Assembly (NCBI GenBank): GCA_963681965.1
Contig: OY820579.1
Location: 1,984,001 to 2,048,000 of the forward strand
Direction of reading: 5' to 3'
DNA length: 64,000 bases
From: a bacterium
Lineage (GTDB): Bacteria; Electryoneota; JAOADG01
The notes under the pieces are model-generated. The model saw only the letters and a list, made by a program, of their open reading frames with translations. It had not been told where the DNA came from and made no database searches. A program made the translations under genes and the position numbers. Positions 1 to 10,509 of this stretch are shown in pieces (position 1 is the stretch's first letter; each line of letters opens with the position of its first letter).

Positions 1-2
1 TG

Positions 3-857
3 ATCACCGATCTCGGATTCGATTGGGATGCCGGACGACTCGATGTTGCAGTCCATCCATTCTGTTCCGGCGCCGGTGGCGATATTCGCATCACCACGCG
101 GTACATGAAGAATTGGCCGACCGGTTCGTTGTTCGGGATTATTCACGAAGCCGGACACGCGATGTACGAACAGGGGTTACCACTGGAGCAATTCGGTCTA
201 CCGCTCGGATCTGCCGTCAGTTGCGCGGTACACGAATCGCAATCGCGGTTCTGGGAGAATATCGTCTGCCGCAGTAAATCGTTCTGGACCGGTCAGTGGC
301 GACGGTTGCGTGATTTCTACGGCGAAAATGTCGCCGATGTTACATTCGAGCAGTGGTATGGTGCCATCAATAAAGTGGAACCGAGCTATATTCGCGTCGA
401 AGCCGATGAATGTACTTACGATCTGCATATTCTACTTCGATTTGAAATGGAAGCCGACCTGTTTGCAGGACGTCTGTCCGTAAACGACATCCCGGCAGCA
501 TGGAACAAGAAGGTTTCGGATTACCTCGGGATCGAAGTGAAGAACGATGCCGAAGGGTGTCTGCAAGATGTCCATTGGTCGAGTGCTTTGTTTGGATACT
601 TCCCATCATATAGCTTGGGCAACATCATTGCCGGGCAACTTTGGGCAAGTATGCGCAAAGCCAATCCGAAGGTCGAAGAAGAAATTGCCGCCGGAAACTT
701 CAAGAATGTCCTCGCATGGTTGCGTGAGAATGTCCACCAGCATGGACAGCGTTACCTGCGCGATGAGCTGGTGCAGCGTGCTACCGGAAAACCGTTGGCT
801 GCCGACGATTACGTCGCGTACCTCGAAGCAAAATTTGGAGATGTTTACGGGGTCTAG
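3..857 (+). CDS. M32 family (Taq-like) metallocarboxypeptidase, 5'-truncated by window edge
   Basis: Frame is open from base 3 (ITDLGFDWDAGRLDVAVHPF...DIRITTRY). Motifs HEAGH, HESQSRFWEN, IRVEADE and QDVHW...GYFPSY are typical of M32. Confidence 0.95.
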   Translation: MTDLGFDWDAGRLDVAVHPFCSGAGGDIRITTRYMKNWPTGSLFGIIHEAGHAMYEQGLPLEQFGLPLGSAVSCAVHESQSRFWENIVCRSKSFWTGQWRRLRDFYGENVADVTFEQWYGAINKVEPSYIRVEADECTYDLHILLRFEMEADLFAGRLSVNDIPAAWNKKVSDYLGIEVKNDAEGCLQDVHWSSALFGYFPSYSLGNIIAGQLWASMRKANPKVEEEIAAGNFKNVLAWLRENVHQHGQRYLRDELVQRATGKPLAADDYVAYLEAKFGDVYGV

Positions 858-884
858 TACGTATCTATTAAATTTATCAGCATT

Positions 885-919
885 GAATCCGGACAGTTCA
901 TACAGTCCGGATTCTTTTT
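885..919 (+). terminator. Intrinsic terminator
   Basis: GAATCCGGAC...GTCCGGATTC stem followed by TTTTT, just after the M32 stop. Confidence 0.75.
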
Positions 920-989
920 ATTAAGTCAGTACTCCATTGACAGAAGATCTTTAACTTGGTAGTTTTCGAATAACAACCCGAGTCTTACG

Positions 990-2618
990 ATGTATACTTA
1001 TCGATATATTTTGATCTTCATTGTATCTTTTTTATGTGTATCGTTAGTTCAAGCACAGCAATGGCGCAAAACGATTGCATTTCCGAATTACGAGACTGTG
1101 ACAGCGGTTCAAGCTTTACCGGATGGTGGCTTCTATCTCTGCGGTACTACTACTCCCGATCGCGCTTTCGTTTGTCGTTTAACTGCTGCTGGCGATACTC
1201 TTTGGGTGAATAATTCGCATACGGTAGGCTCGAACTTAAATCGAATTCTGGTTACTCACGATGGCGGTTGGATTGCATGCGGGTATCGGGTTCGGTCCGA
1301 TAGTTTCAAAGTCGGAACAGTGACTTGGAATCAACCGCATCAAGCATTGTGGTTGGTGCGGGGAACGTCAAACGGAAGTTTGATCTGGGCGAAACGATAC
1401 GGCACACCGTTGTCGAACAGCTTTTTCGATATCGCCCCGGCACCGGATGGCGGGTATCTCCTCGTCGGAGGCGCGAATACCGAAGTTATCTGCGATGCCG
1501 ACGATTATCAAATGTTCTTGATGAAAGTGACTGAAACCGGCGATTCTCTCTGGAAAACCAAGCAATCGACGATCGAGAAAATTAAGAGTACATCGATGCG
1601 TCCCTATACTTGTCGGTTTTCACTTGTTACATCGAATCAAATTGTGATTACCGGTTGCAATCTTTCTTTCGGGTATCCTAGTAGCAGTGTTCACTCGGTA
1701 TTTCAGTACATAACCGATAGGAATGGAAATTATCGATCCTCCAAAGTGTTTTCACCACTAGTGAAATCGTCGATTGAGCGGATATTGGGAAATCGAAGTA
1801 ACACGTTGGGAGATTACTCTAGTGGGGGTATAGCACTCGCCAGTGGTGATATTTTGTGGTGTGGTACAGCGAATGTCGATGCCGGTGACAATAATGTCTC
1901 TGGAACTAGATACGGATACGATGGTTTTTTGATGCGGACAAATTCGCTGGGGGATACACTCTGGACGCGTCGAAGCCGAATGCCCGGTAACGATGATAAT
2001 CGACTGATTCTTCCGGTGCCAGGGGGGGCAGTGGTCGGTGGAACGCGCTGGTCCGGTTGGAACTACGATTTCAGTCTTACGAAGTTAAATCTGAATGGCG
2101 ATACGATTTGGGATCGGCATTACGGGGATGGGCAATATTGTTATTTGAAATTTGTGGCTCTTGCCAATGATGGTGGTTATCTTCTTTGTGGCGACACCGA
2201 TCCCACCAATCAAGCAAAACTTCTATTAATAAAAGTCGATTCATCGGGATCGCGTTCGGAACTGAGTAATTCCAAAATAACATTCGATCGCGAATTGCGG
2301 CTGGGTCTTTCATGTGAATTTTCAGGAAATTGTGATGAAAAAGTCGTATTCGAATTACCAAAAGTCGATTCCATTACAGTCAGTTTCTTCGATGAGAAAG
2401 GTCGGAAATTATTTACTGAATTTTCCAGTAGAAAACGAGCCGGACGATATTCTATTCCAATAGATTACTCTTCCGAAGGGAATTCGGACAATAAGAAATG
2501 GAACAGCTTAATGAAAGTGATGTATCTTCGGATGGATGGTTCGGGATATTCGGTAGTTCGAAAGATCGGGTGTGGTTACGGTGGTTTTTTTGAACGGAAA
2601 TCGATGCAACCATTTTAA
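990..2618 (+). CDS. Secreted beta-propeller-like repeat protein
   Basis: N-terminal signal peptide. Repeated DGG(Y/F/W)...G and GDTLW/GDSLW/GDTIW units. The C-terminus resembles a degenerate sorting domain (FFDEKGRKL...AGRYSI...YLRM) without PNPFN. Confidence 0.7.
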   Translation: MYTYRYILIFIVSFLCVSLVQAQQWRKTIAFPNYETVTAVQALPDGGFYLCGTTTPDRAFVCRLTAAGDTLWVNNSHTVGSNLNRILVTHDGGWIACGYRVRSDSFKVGTVTWNQPHQALWLVRGTSNGSLIWAKRYGTPLSNSFFDIAPAPDGGYLLVGGANTEVICDADDYQMFLMKVTETGDSLWKTKQSTIEKIKSTSMRPYTCRFSLVTSNQIVITGCNLSFGYPSSSVHSVFQYITDRNGNYRSSKVFSPLVKSSIERILGNRSNTLGDYSSGGIALASGDILWCGTANVDAGDNNVSGTRYGYDGFLMRTNSLGDTLWTRRSRMPGNDDNRLILPVPGGAVVGGTRWSGWNYDFSLTKLNLNGDTIWDRHYGDGQYCYLKFVALANDGGYLLCGDTDPTNQAKLLLIKVDSSGSRSELSNSKITFDRELRLGLSCEFSGNCDEKVVFELPKVDSITVSFFDEKGRKLFTEFSSRKRAGRYSIPIDYSSEGNSDNKKWNSLMKVMYLRMDGSGYSVVRKIGCGYGGFFERKSMQPF

Positions 2619-2761
2619 CAAAGTAGCAACGGTTCAATACATTTGTTTTCGAATGTTTCAACCACTTCTAGGACCGAAATCACAACAACATTATATCGCT
2701 GTTATCTTTTTACATCGTTTTCCGGAAATTGACAAGCCGAAGAACTTAAAAATAGTAAAAT

Positions 2762-2782
2762 GGCGCTGATTTTAGCAGCGCC
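2762..2782. terminator. Probable terminator hairpin between convergent genes
   Basis: GGCGCTG-attttag-CAGCGCC with an A-run before and a short T-run after. Confidence 0.5.
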
Positions 2783-2849
2783 TTTCAAATTTTAGTCGGT
2801 AAAAAAATCTGAGCGAAACACTCTTCAACCAATTGAAATCAACGAGTCG

Positions 2850-3065
2850 TTATTTGTTGATGATATCCGCTACTCGAAAGCTCTGGTTCGGATAGATATC
2901 TTTCGGTACATCGAGCAAACTTTTCGCCTGAATAATTTCAAAAATTGCGCACGCCTTGAAGTCGTTTTCGCAATACAAACTCACATTGGTCTTATACATG
3001 ACATCGTGAATCGGAACTTTCCGAAGGTAGAAAATACAAACGCCGCAATAAGAGCACTTCATCAT
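2850..3065 (-). CDS. Small Cys-rich hypothetical protein (71 aa)
   Basis: GAGGTGA RBS overlapping the GAF gene stop. Pattern CxxCxxCxF...YC...CA...VPxDxxP. Confidence 0.75.
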   Translation of the reverse strand: MMKCSYCGVCIFYLRKVPIHDVMYKTNVSLYCENDFKACAIFEIIQAKSLLDVPKDIYPNQSFRVADIINK

Positions 3066-3070
3066 TCACC

Positions 3071-3565
3071 TCACGACATTTGGAAGAATTTCTTGATAAT
3101 TGGCCATGCTCGACGACCGAATTGTTGAAGCAATTCGCCGTCTTCCGGGGTGTAATCGGTAAGCTTGTTACCGACCCCGAGGATACCCACCATTTTATCA
3201 TCTTCCCAAATCGGAACATTCAAATGCCGGATTGTTAGAACATGCCCAATCGGTTGTCCTTTCTTGGTGTGTCGCGTGGAATTGGCATAATCGTTTGTGA
3301 TGACCGGTTGTCGTTCGCGAAGACAATCGCCCCAGAGACCGGTCGCATCGAACGGATATTCGAGTGGTTTTTCTTGCATCGCGCAATTTTTCATTGCTTT
3401 ATTTGACCAGCCAATCATCGTCAATAAATTGGCTGCGGGGTCAAAAGTAGCGAAGTAACCGATGTCGCTATGGGTAAGAGCGATGCCCTCTTCAACCATG
3501 AGATCGGAGACTTCTTTCCGGTAATCCTCTTCCGCTTTTCGAAGTTTTGCCAGCGATTTGTCCAT
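3071..3565 (-). CDS. Stand-alone GAF domain protein
   Basis: AAGGAGAG RBS. GAF motifs GLWG...RQPVITNDY...PIGH...RHLNVPI...GVGNK..DY. Confidence 0.88.
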   Translation of the reverse strand: MDKSLAKLRKAEEDYRKEVSDLMVEEGIALTHSDIGYFATFDPAANLLTMIGWSNKAMKNCAMQEKPLEYPFDATGLWGDCLRERQPVITNDYANSTRHTKKGQPIGHVLTIRHLNVPIWEDDKMVGILGVGNKLTDYTPEDGELLQQFGRRAWPIIKKFFQMS

Positions 3566-3846
3566 GATCTCTCCTTAAAAAATATCTGGAAAATCCGCTT
3601 ATAAAATCGCATCTCTTGTGATTGCAAAGCTGGGTAAAAAGCAATATTGTTGATAATTAATAAAAATCGGATTTGAATGTTATTTGAACAATATATGGAA
3701 ATATAATCTGAGCGAATTACTGAGTGCAACTTAAATTGTCAGTTCTGATTAAATTAATATATTAGTACTCAATATAATTGGGTGCATAAATGAAATACTA
3801 ATAGAGAAGCTGTTTGCAGAAGATTTGGGGATCATCGAAGAGTGCG

Positions 3847-6558
3847 TTACTTGAAAACTTCGGGAAAGTACAGTTTACTACATTCTGGACACATTCCGTG
3901 ACTGAACTGCGCTTGCGATCGATTTGAAACATATTGCTCCATATCGTGCCAAGTGTCATCGTCGTCCCGGATCTTTTTGCAGTAGCTACAAATAGGCAAA
4001 ATACCTTCCAATTGTTGTACTTTGCAAAGAGCATTTTGTAATTCGATGACTAATTGTTCCAGTTCCGCTTGTGCCTGTTTCCGATCAGTAATATCGTGCC
4101 AGGAACATATCAAAACCGTCTGTCCATCTAACAACATAGAAATCTTCGATACTTCGACATATACATTCGTTCCATCAAGCCGCCGGTGAACCCATTCGAA
4201 TGTTTTACTTCCAGTTTGCAGTGCTTCTTGGATCCATACTTCCAATACATCAGTCGATTTCCTGCCGTCTGGCTGAAATTCCGGTGAAAAGTATCCGGGT
4301 GTTTGTCCAACGATCTGAGATCGATCGCCATGCAAAATTAGTTCGGCTGCATGATTGCAATCGATGTAGACACCGTTCTGTAAAATTAAATAGGGATCGG
4401 GCGATTCACGGAATAAAATTCGATACTTCTCTTCGCTTTCACGAAGGATATTCTCAGTTCGCTTGCGATGGGTGATATCGGCGATTATGCCACAAGCATA
4501 CTCTTCGTTTTCGAATTCGACATAATTCGATCTGATTTCAACGGGAAACACTTCTCCACTTTTAGTGATTTGTTCACTTTCGAATATCATGTGTTTCCGT
4601 TGCTTCAGCTCTTTCCAGTGATCTTCCCACGCTTTTGCATCGAATTGCGGCATAAAATCGGTTACTGATCGCTGTAATAACTCATCTTTGGAATACCCCA
4701 ATTTTGTATAAGCTGCTTTATTAATGTAAACCAAACTCCGATCCGGTCTAACCCAAATTGCCGAATTGTTCATGTTATCGATAACAAATTGGGTAAATCG
4801 AAGTGCTTCCTCAGTACGTTTCCGTTTTGTAATATCGCGAGAAACGCCGAGTATTTCCATTCGACCGGTTTTCTGATTACGGTAATACCGAGTAATGACT
4901 TCCGTGTTAACGAACGATCCATCTTTACATGGTTGAGTAACTTCCTCTAAAAAGAATTGGTTGGGTCGTTCGATATTGTCATCTGACAATGATGCCAAGC
5001 GATCGTGAATCATTTTTCGGACGGCTAGTGCTTGTTCAGAAGTTAACGCTGCGTCCATTGGTTTCGACATCACCTCTTCAGGTGTGAATCCGCGTAATTC
5101 TAACACTGAAGGACTAACGTAGGTAAATCGGAGTGTTTCGATATCGATTATCCAGACAACGTCTTTCATGTTTTCGGTTAAAAAACGATATTTTTCTTCG
5201 CGTTCACGTAACGATTCTTCGATCCGGTTTCGTTCGATAATCTCGTGTTGTAACGATAAATTGGTTTTAGATAACAGGGAAGTTCGGTCAGTAACTTGTT
5301 GTTCAAGTTCGGAGTTGAGTTTCCTGAGCGCCAAACGGGCAGATCGAAGACGGTGAGTAATGATTGCAAGAACGAGCACCATGATCAACAGACCGACAAA
5401 GCAGATCAAAATCGTGATGATTTCAAGACGATATTCCAACCACATCGATCGGGTCTGGTGCTTGACAATACTGCCCGGTGGAAGATCGGAGATTGAAATG
5501 TGGTATTTTTGCAATGCTGGATAGTCGAAGATAAAGCGGTTGCTTTTATCGGTGTCGATTAAAATCGTTTTTGGCAATTCACCGTGTAAAACTCGCAATC
5601 CAATTTTTACGGCATCTAGCGTTTGTTGTTCTACGCTATAGAGGTAGCCACCGATTGTGCCGGTACCGATAAAGTGGTCGTATCCGGAGATCACTGGGAC
5701 ACTTGAAACGAAAGCTATTTCCCGAATAACATCGATAGGTCGATAGAGATTGCCGGATACATCTTCGAACAACGGATGATAGAGTACTACCGAAGTTGAG
5801 GGTAATTGCGAAATGCGATGCTTGATTTCGGGTAAAGTGAGTGTTGAATAATCGGTAATTTTACATTTATCACGAAAGTTCTTCTGAAAAATTTCAATGG
5901 GATCATTCAACATCAAATCGGTCTTGCCTACACCGCGAATCAGAACAATTTCATTTGTTTTTGGAAACGAATTCAAATACCAGTTCAAACTGGACAAGTA
6001 GTCGACATTGGCACAGACTCCGGTGATATTGGATGAAAGTTGCAATGAAGCGATCCTGTTCGCTGTTACGTCGAAAAAAACTGTTGGAACATTCGGTGCA
6101 AATTGTTGTTGGTGCTTCAACCATAAATCGAGCATCTCGTCGGAACATAGAAATATCAAATCGATTTTCTTTTGTCGATACTTGACCGGAAAATACTCCA
6201 ATAGCTGTGAACGGTAGTCAAGGTCGGTGAAACGATTCAAATCGAGATATTCGAAATACAGTTCGGTCTTGATATCGGTTGCTTTATGGAATTCTGCTCG
6301 TATTACTTGCGAGCAAATCAATGAAACAGGTAAATCCAGTTGATAGGGGGAGAGAATTAATACTTGTTTGATGTCTTTCTGGGTGGTACTATTTTGTCTT
6401 GATGAATCGTTATTGTTTGAAGGGTGATAAACAGACGATGGAGATGTATTTGCACTTGCCTGACTGAACACCAGCATCCACCATGCCAGTAGAACAATGA
6501 GAATACGCGGTCTTAGAATCACTAAAATCGGTAAGTGAAATATCGGTTTCGAATTCAA
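3847..6558 (-). CDS. Membrane sensor: periplasmic ABC-substrate-binding-like domain, TM, coiled coil, 3 PAS/PAC domains, C-terminal Cys-rich domain; no kinase
   Basis: GTGTIGGY periplasmic motif and TM at ~aa 378-400. Three PAS units ending RDITKRK, ADITHRK, HDITDRK. C-terminus LPICSYCKKIRD...SHGMCPEC. Start codon uncertain. Confidence 0.88.
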   Translation of the reverse strand: MNSKPIFHLPILVILRPRILIVLLAWWMLVFSQASANTSPSSVYHPSNNNDSSRQNSTTQKDIKQVLILSPYQLDLPVSLICSQVIRAEFHKATDIKTELYFEYLDLNRFTDLDYRSQLLEYFPVKYRQKKIDLIFLCSDEMLDLWLKHQQQFAPNVPTVFFDVTANRIASLQLSSNITGVCANVDYLSSLNWYLNSFPKTNEIVLIRGVGKTDLMLNDPIEIFQKNFRDKCKITDYSTLTLPEIKHRISQLPSTSVVLYHPLFEDVSGNLYRPIDVIREIAFVSSVPVISGYDHFIGTGTIGGYLYSVEQQTLDAVKIGLRVLHGELPKTILIDTDKSNRFIFDYPALQKYHISISDLPPGSIVKHQTRSMWLEYRLEIITILICFVGLLIMVLVLAIITHRLRSARLALRKLNSELEQQVTDRTSLLSKTNLSLQHEIIERNRIEESLREREEKYRFLTENMKDVVWIIDIETLRFTYVSPSVLELRGFTPEEVMSKPMDAALTSEQALAVRKMIHDRLASLSDDNIERPNQFFLEEVTQPCKDGSFVNTEVITRYYRNQKTGRMEILGVSRDITKRKRTEEALRFTQFVIDNMNNSAIWVRPDRSLVYINKAAYTKLGYSKDELLQRSVTDFMPQFDAKAWEDHWKELKQRKHMIFESEQITKSGEVFPVEIRSNYVEFENEEYACGIIADITHRKRTENILRESEEKYRILFRESPDPYLILQNGVYIDCNHAAELILHGDRSQIVGQTPGYFSPEFQPDGRKSTDVLEVWIQEALQTGSKTFEWVHRRLDGTNVYVEVSKISMLLDGQTVLICSWHDITDRKQAQAELEQLVIELQNALCKVQQLEGILPICSYCKKIRDDDDTWHDMEQYVSNRSQAQFSHGMCPECSKLYFPEVFK

Positions 6559-6896
6559 ATAGAATTCCTCGGATATTTACTAGTTATTGTGTATCGTCAC
6601 TGTAGTTAACAGCAAGAATTTATCTCGGAAAATTGATGCGATACGATTGGAATCAATCTAACTTTAACCATTATATCGATACAATTAATCGATAACAAGA
6701 GTTTCTTTTTGTATTCAATAATTGGTTAAGTTAATATAATCGATCTGAAGGATATCAACTGCTTCTTGTGACTCAACGGTCTTTTGGCTGGAAATGTCGA
6801 TTGCTTTATCGATGAAACGTCGAAGTCGACTTCACCAACGGTGTTGACAGGTGAAATCGACTTCGGTGCATCGAAAGAAAATGAATCAAGAGAATT

Positions 6897-9800
6897 TCAA
6901 TTTAACAACGTCATCTTCTTCGCTATCACGCCCTGAGAAGTTTCCATCCGATAAAAGTAAATGCCGCTCGAAACTTTCATCCCGGAATTGTTCTTCCCAT
7001 TCCAGCGCACTTCGTATGTACCAGTGGTTTTCACAGCATTGAGCAAATTGATCACTTCCCGCCCCATGATGTCGTATATTGCGACTTTCACGCGTTCGGT
7101 ACGCGGTAATGTAAAGCGAATTACCGTTGTCGAATTGAATGGATTCGGATAATTCTGTTGCAGCGAAAATTGTTTCGGCATCGCCGAAGCAATTTCTCGA
7201 ACACCTTGTACCGATTGGTCGTCGCGCACACGCTGCATGTACAAGTCGACAAACTCTTCTTTCATTGTCGATCGCATATCAAGCCAGTTGACTGCTGCGC
7301 CGTTTGCGATCGGAACCGATTTCGGGCGTCTCTGGGAATTTGGCACTTTCACAAGATAAGCTACGTGATCGGAATATGTTGTCGGTGTCCAGATATCCGG
7401 ACGATTGATTGTGCCGTTCGAAAGAAAGTGGTTACCAATAATATCTTCGTCCATTAAAGTCGGTGGCGGAGGAAACGGATTCGATCGATCGAACCATTGA
7501 GCATAGAAAGTATAAACACCAACGGAGTTGTCTTTGGCTAAATCAAGATCTAACTGCGAATTACTGGCATCTGCCAACCGTTGACCGGTGGCGTTTAATA
7601 AGTAACTTCCGTTTGCTGATAAATGCTGCAGATAGATTGAACTAAGTCCATTAATTCGAGTATCCCTCCAACCAAACCAATATGTAGAACCAGTAGATAA
7701 ACCTACTGCGTCAATTTGCGCAAATTCGGTTGCTCCAAGTCGAACACCGGTACCCCATCGCAGATTTCCATTACTGTCGATCCGTTGCGCCATGATATTT
7801 GCGCCGGAACCACCTGCGATCTCCCAGTTAAATTCGTTCCAGTGTGCAACTACCGAACCACTATCACCTGCTATTAGGTATAGTTGATTGCGATTGCCTT
7901 GTGCTTGATCATGATGCAATGACGAATCGCCGGCAGCGATTTCTCGATTCCAAACGATTGTTCCATTGGTGTTCAATTTAGTAACATGGACGCTATAGAT
8001 GTTTAAATCTAGATTCGTCATTTCAATATATCCGAGGTAGATATTTCCCGATGAAACGACTAACGAGGGATAGGATTGCTCCAATTGACCGGGAGATATC
8101 GTGACACCGGTATTCGGAAGTAGCCGTGAACCGGTATTGTCGAGATGCTGGAATTGAACTTGATTATAGTAGAAGGGTGCTTCGCCGGTCATCGTATAAG
8201 ACAAATAGACTCCTCCGTAACCGTCGGGTGATCCGGATAAGAAATCAAATGATGATGAAACGGAACTACATGCTTCTCGACCGTAATCAGTCCAAACTCG
8301 AGCGCCATTGTACGAGATTTTTTGTGCACGAATCGTTTGATCGGCATTGACAGTATTGAAATAGACAATGATAGCACCTGAATCGGGAGTAGTGGTGATC
8401 AATGGTGAACTGTAAGACGTAGTTCCATCCTGAGAAACAGTATTGGTCGTATCGAGTGTGATCGGGTTGCCGTTTTTGGCGATCCCGGGGATTGCTACAC
8501 CATTGGAATCGTCGGGTGTGCTCTTATGAATCGTATAAAAAATTCGATTGCCGAATTCCGATCTGCGTCCGTCAACCCATGCATTCATGATCCGGGTCGA
8601 TCCCAATTTCTCGATCATGTTGTAATGAACATTTCCTGAAATATCGGTTACGGTGTTTGCTCCTCCGGCTGTAAACGATCCTACAGGCGTACCAATCCAA
8701 CTCCAAACCGTACGATACAACTGATTGCTCCCTTGGCGACGGTCGCACCATGTAAAGAGAAACCGACCACCGCTGGGACGACAGATCGCATAAAATTGGG
8801 AACTCGGATCGGATGAGACGCTTTGACCGTTAGTCGCCCAACCCGGTTGACCGGTTGAAGTGATGTGTTGCGCAAAGATATCCTGACCCGGAGTTTCATG
8901 GAACCGCTCGTCTTCCCAAACCAGCACACAACCACCGGAATAATCGTCGCATAATCGTGATTCGCGTTGCTGATGAGATTCGGTACAGACCGGTACACCG
9001 TTAGTCTGCCATAGGCGCTGTATCGATGTTGTACCACTCACTTTTTGTACGTACAAGTCCGCATTAACGGTACCGCTAGCATCGCTGCGAAAATCTTCCC
9101 AACTCACGATCGCATTGCTGTCACCGGCAAAAACAATTCGCGGATTCGTTTGTTCGTTTGGAACATCGGCGAGAATTACTCCCGTATCGGGTAGCCACAA
9201 TTTCTGACCGGACGCATTAATTTGCTGCATATACAGATCGACGGTTTGATCGGCTTGATTGCGCCACACGAAAAAAGCACCGCCTTGTCCATTCGGACAG
9301 ATTTTTACTTTCGTTAACGAACAATTATCGGCGATAAATACCTGTCCGAGCGAATCCCATCGGGTTGTTCCAATCGAGTAAATCTGCTGATAGTAAATGT
9401 CGGTATTATTGCGACGATTGTCGATCCAAGCCGCCCAGGCACTGTTATTGTTGCCTTGCGCAACCGAGTATTCTCCGCCGGACGGTTGCGCGCCCGCTGC
9501 AGCAGCAACGGCGATACCGTTTTTTGGCCAATTGGTATAGCGATGTCCATCTAAGCCGATACGATTGCAAAAAATATCCGAACCTCGATTGTATCGAGTA
9601 TCTTCCCAAAAAATATAGACGCCGTAATTTCCATCAGTGATCATTCGAAGATTACTTTGAAATCCCCTTGTCATACAGACTGGAACTGCATTCACGGTAT
9701 CCGATTGATCGGTGACGTTCCAGATGCGCTGACCATCGGGGTTGAATTTCTGTGCCATCACCGAACCACCGGCATCGCCGACATAACTGGTGTCGTTCTG

Positions 9801-10187
9801 GTATATACCTTCCCGGAAATCGACCCATGCGATGGTCACACCAGTCGAATCGGCGTACAATACCGGTTCATCCTGCTGGTTCGGACCGTCGTTTACCGTT
9901 CGCGTCCAGACGATGTCACCATTGTTGTCGATCTTACTCGCATAAAGCCCGTGGATGCCGTTGGGTGAAGCCGACCAGGCAATGTACCAATTACCATGCT
10001 GATCGTCGACGAGCGCGCGTTGCCAGGATAAATGCGTTCCTTGTCGGACGGGAATGGCAACACTGTCCGAATATGGATGAGCGCGGAATGGTTCGGTATG
10101 CCACCGATTTTGTAGAAACTGTGCCGAGACGGGTGAAACCAGCAACCCTGTACTTAATACCAGCAACCAGATCAATGGGTTCTTCAT
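6897..10187 (-). CDS. Large secreted repeat protein with T9SS/FlgD-like C-terminal domain (paralog 1 of 3)
   Basis: GAGGAGG RBS, signal peptide, repeated WxDxR...DIY/F.Q...W..G units, QNYPNPFN...SGIYFYRM tail. Confidence 0.9.
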   Translation of the reverse strand: MKNPLIWLLVLSTGLLVSPVSAQFLQNRWHTEPFRAHPYSDSVAIPVRQGTHLSWQRALVDDQHGNWYIAWSASPNGIHGLYASKIDNNGDIVWTRTVNDGPNQQDEPVLYADSTGVTIAWVDFREGIYQNDTSYVGDAGGSVMAQKFNPDGQRIWNVTDQSDTVNAVPVCMTRGFQSNLRMITDGNYGVYIFWEDTRYNRGSDIFCNRIGLDGHRYTNWPKNGIAVAAAAGAQPSGGEYSVAQGNNNSAWAAWIDNRRNNTDIYYQQIYSIGTTRWDSLGQVFIADNCSLTKVKICPNGQGGAFFVWRNQADQTVDLYMQQINASGQKLWLPDTGVILADVPNEQTNPRIVFAGDSNAIVSWEDFRSDASGTVNADLYVQKVSGTTSIQRLWQTNGVPVCTESHQQRESRLCDDYSGGCVLVWEDERFHETPGQDIFAQHITSTGQPGWATNGQSVSSDPSSQFYAICRPSGGRFLFTWCDRRQGSNQLYRTVWSWIGTPVGSFTAGGANTVTDISGNVHYNMIEKLGSTRIMNAWVDGRRSEFGNRIFYTIHKSTPDDSNGVAIPGIAKNGNPITLDTTNTVSQDGTTSYSSPLITTTPDSGAIIVYFNTVNADQTIRAQKISYNGARVWTDYGREACSSVSSSFDFLSGSPDGYGGVYLSYTMTGEAPFYYNQVQFQHLDNTGSRLLPNTGVTISPGQLEQSYPSLVVSSGNIYLGYIEMTNLDLNIYSVHVTKLNTNGTIVWNREIAAGDSSLHHDQAQGNRNQLYLIAGDSGSVVAHWNEFNWEIAGGSGANIMAQRIDSNGNLRWGTGVRLGATEFAQIDAVGLSTGSTYWFGWRDTRINGLSSIYLQHLSANGSYLLNATGQRLADASNSQLDLDLAKDNSVGVYTFYAQWFDRSNPFPPPPTLMDEDIIGNHFLSNGTINRPDIWTPTTYSDHVAYLVKVPNSQRRPKSVPIANGAAVNWLDMRSTMKEEFVDLYMQRVRDDQSVQGVREIASAMPKQFSLQQNYPNPFNSTTVIRFTLPRTERVKVAIYDIMGREVINLLNAVKTTGTYEVRWNGKNNSGMKVSSGIYFYRMETSQGVIAKKMTLLN

Positions 10188-10509
10188 TGTTTCCTCCTCG
10201 TGTCAATTAAATGGATGTAATTGAAAGATCAGCGGTATTACTAACAAACTCAATTATGAGAAATAAATCGGATCAGATTCAGGTTGTTGACGGAAAGAAA
10301 ATCAAATCTCACAGCCTCCCACTACGCATATATCGGATCAAAATTCATCGCAATTTATCGTTCTTATTAAATACTAATGTTTTCTCGAGACGCGATCAAG
10401 ACCTATCGACCAGTTTGCGAAAATACTTCCTGTCAGTATGCGCGGGAGTGAAACTGTTATATTCGAAATTACTCCCTCATAACCTATATCTAATTGAAAA
10501 TGGGCGACA

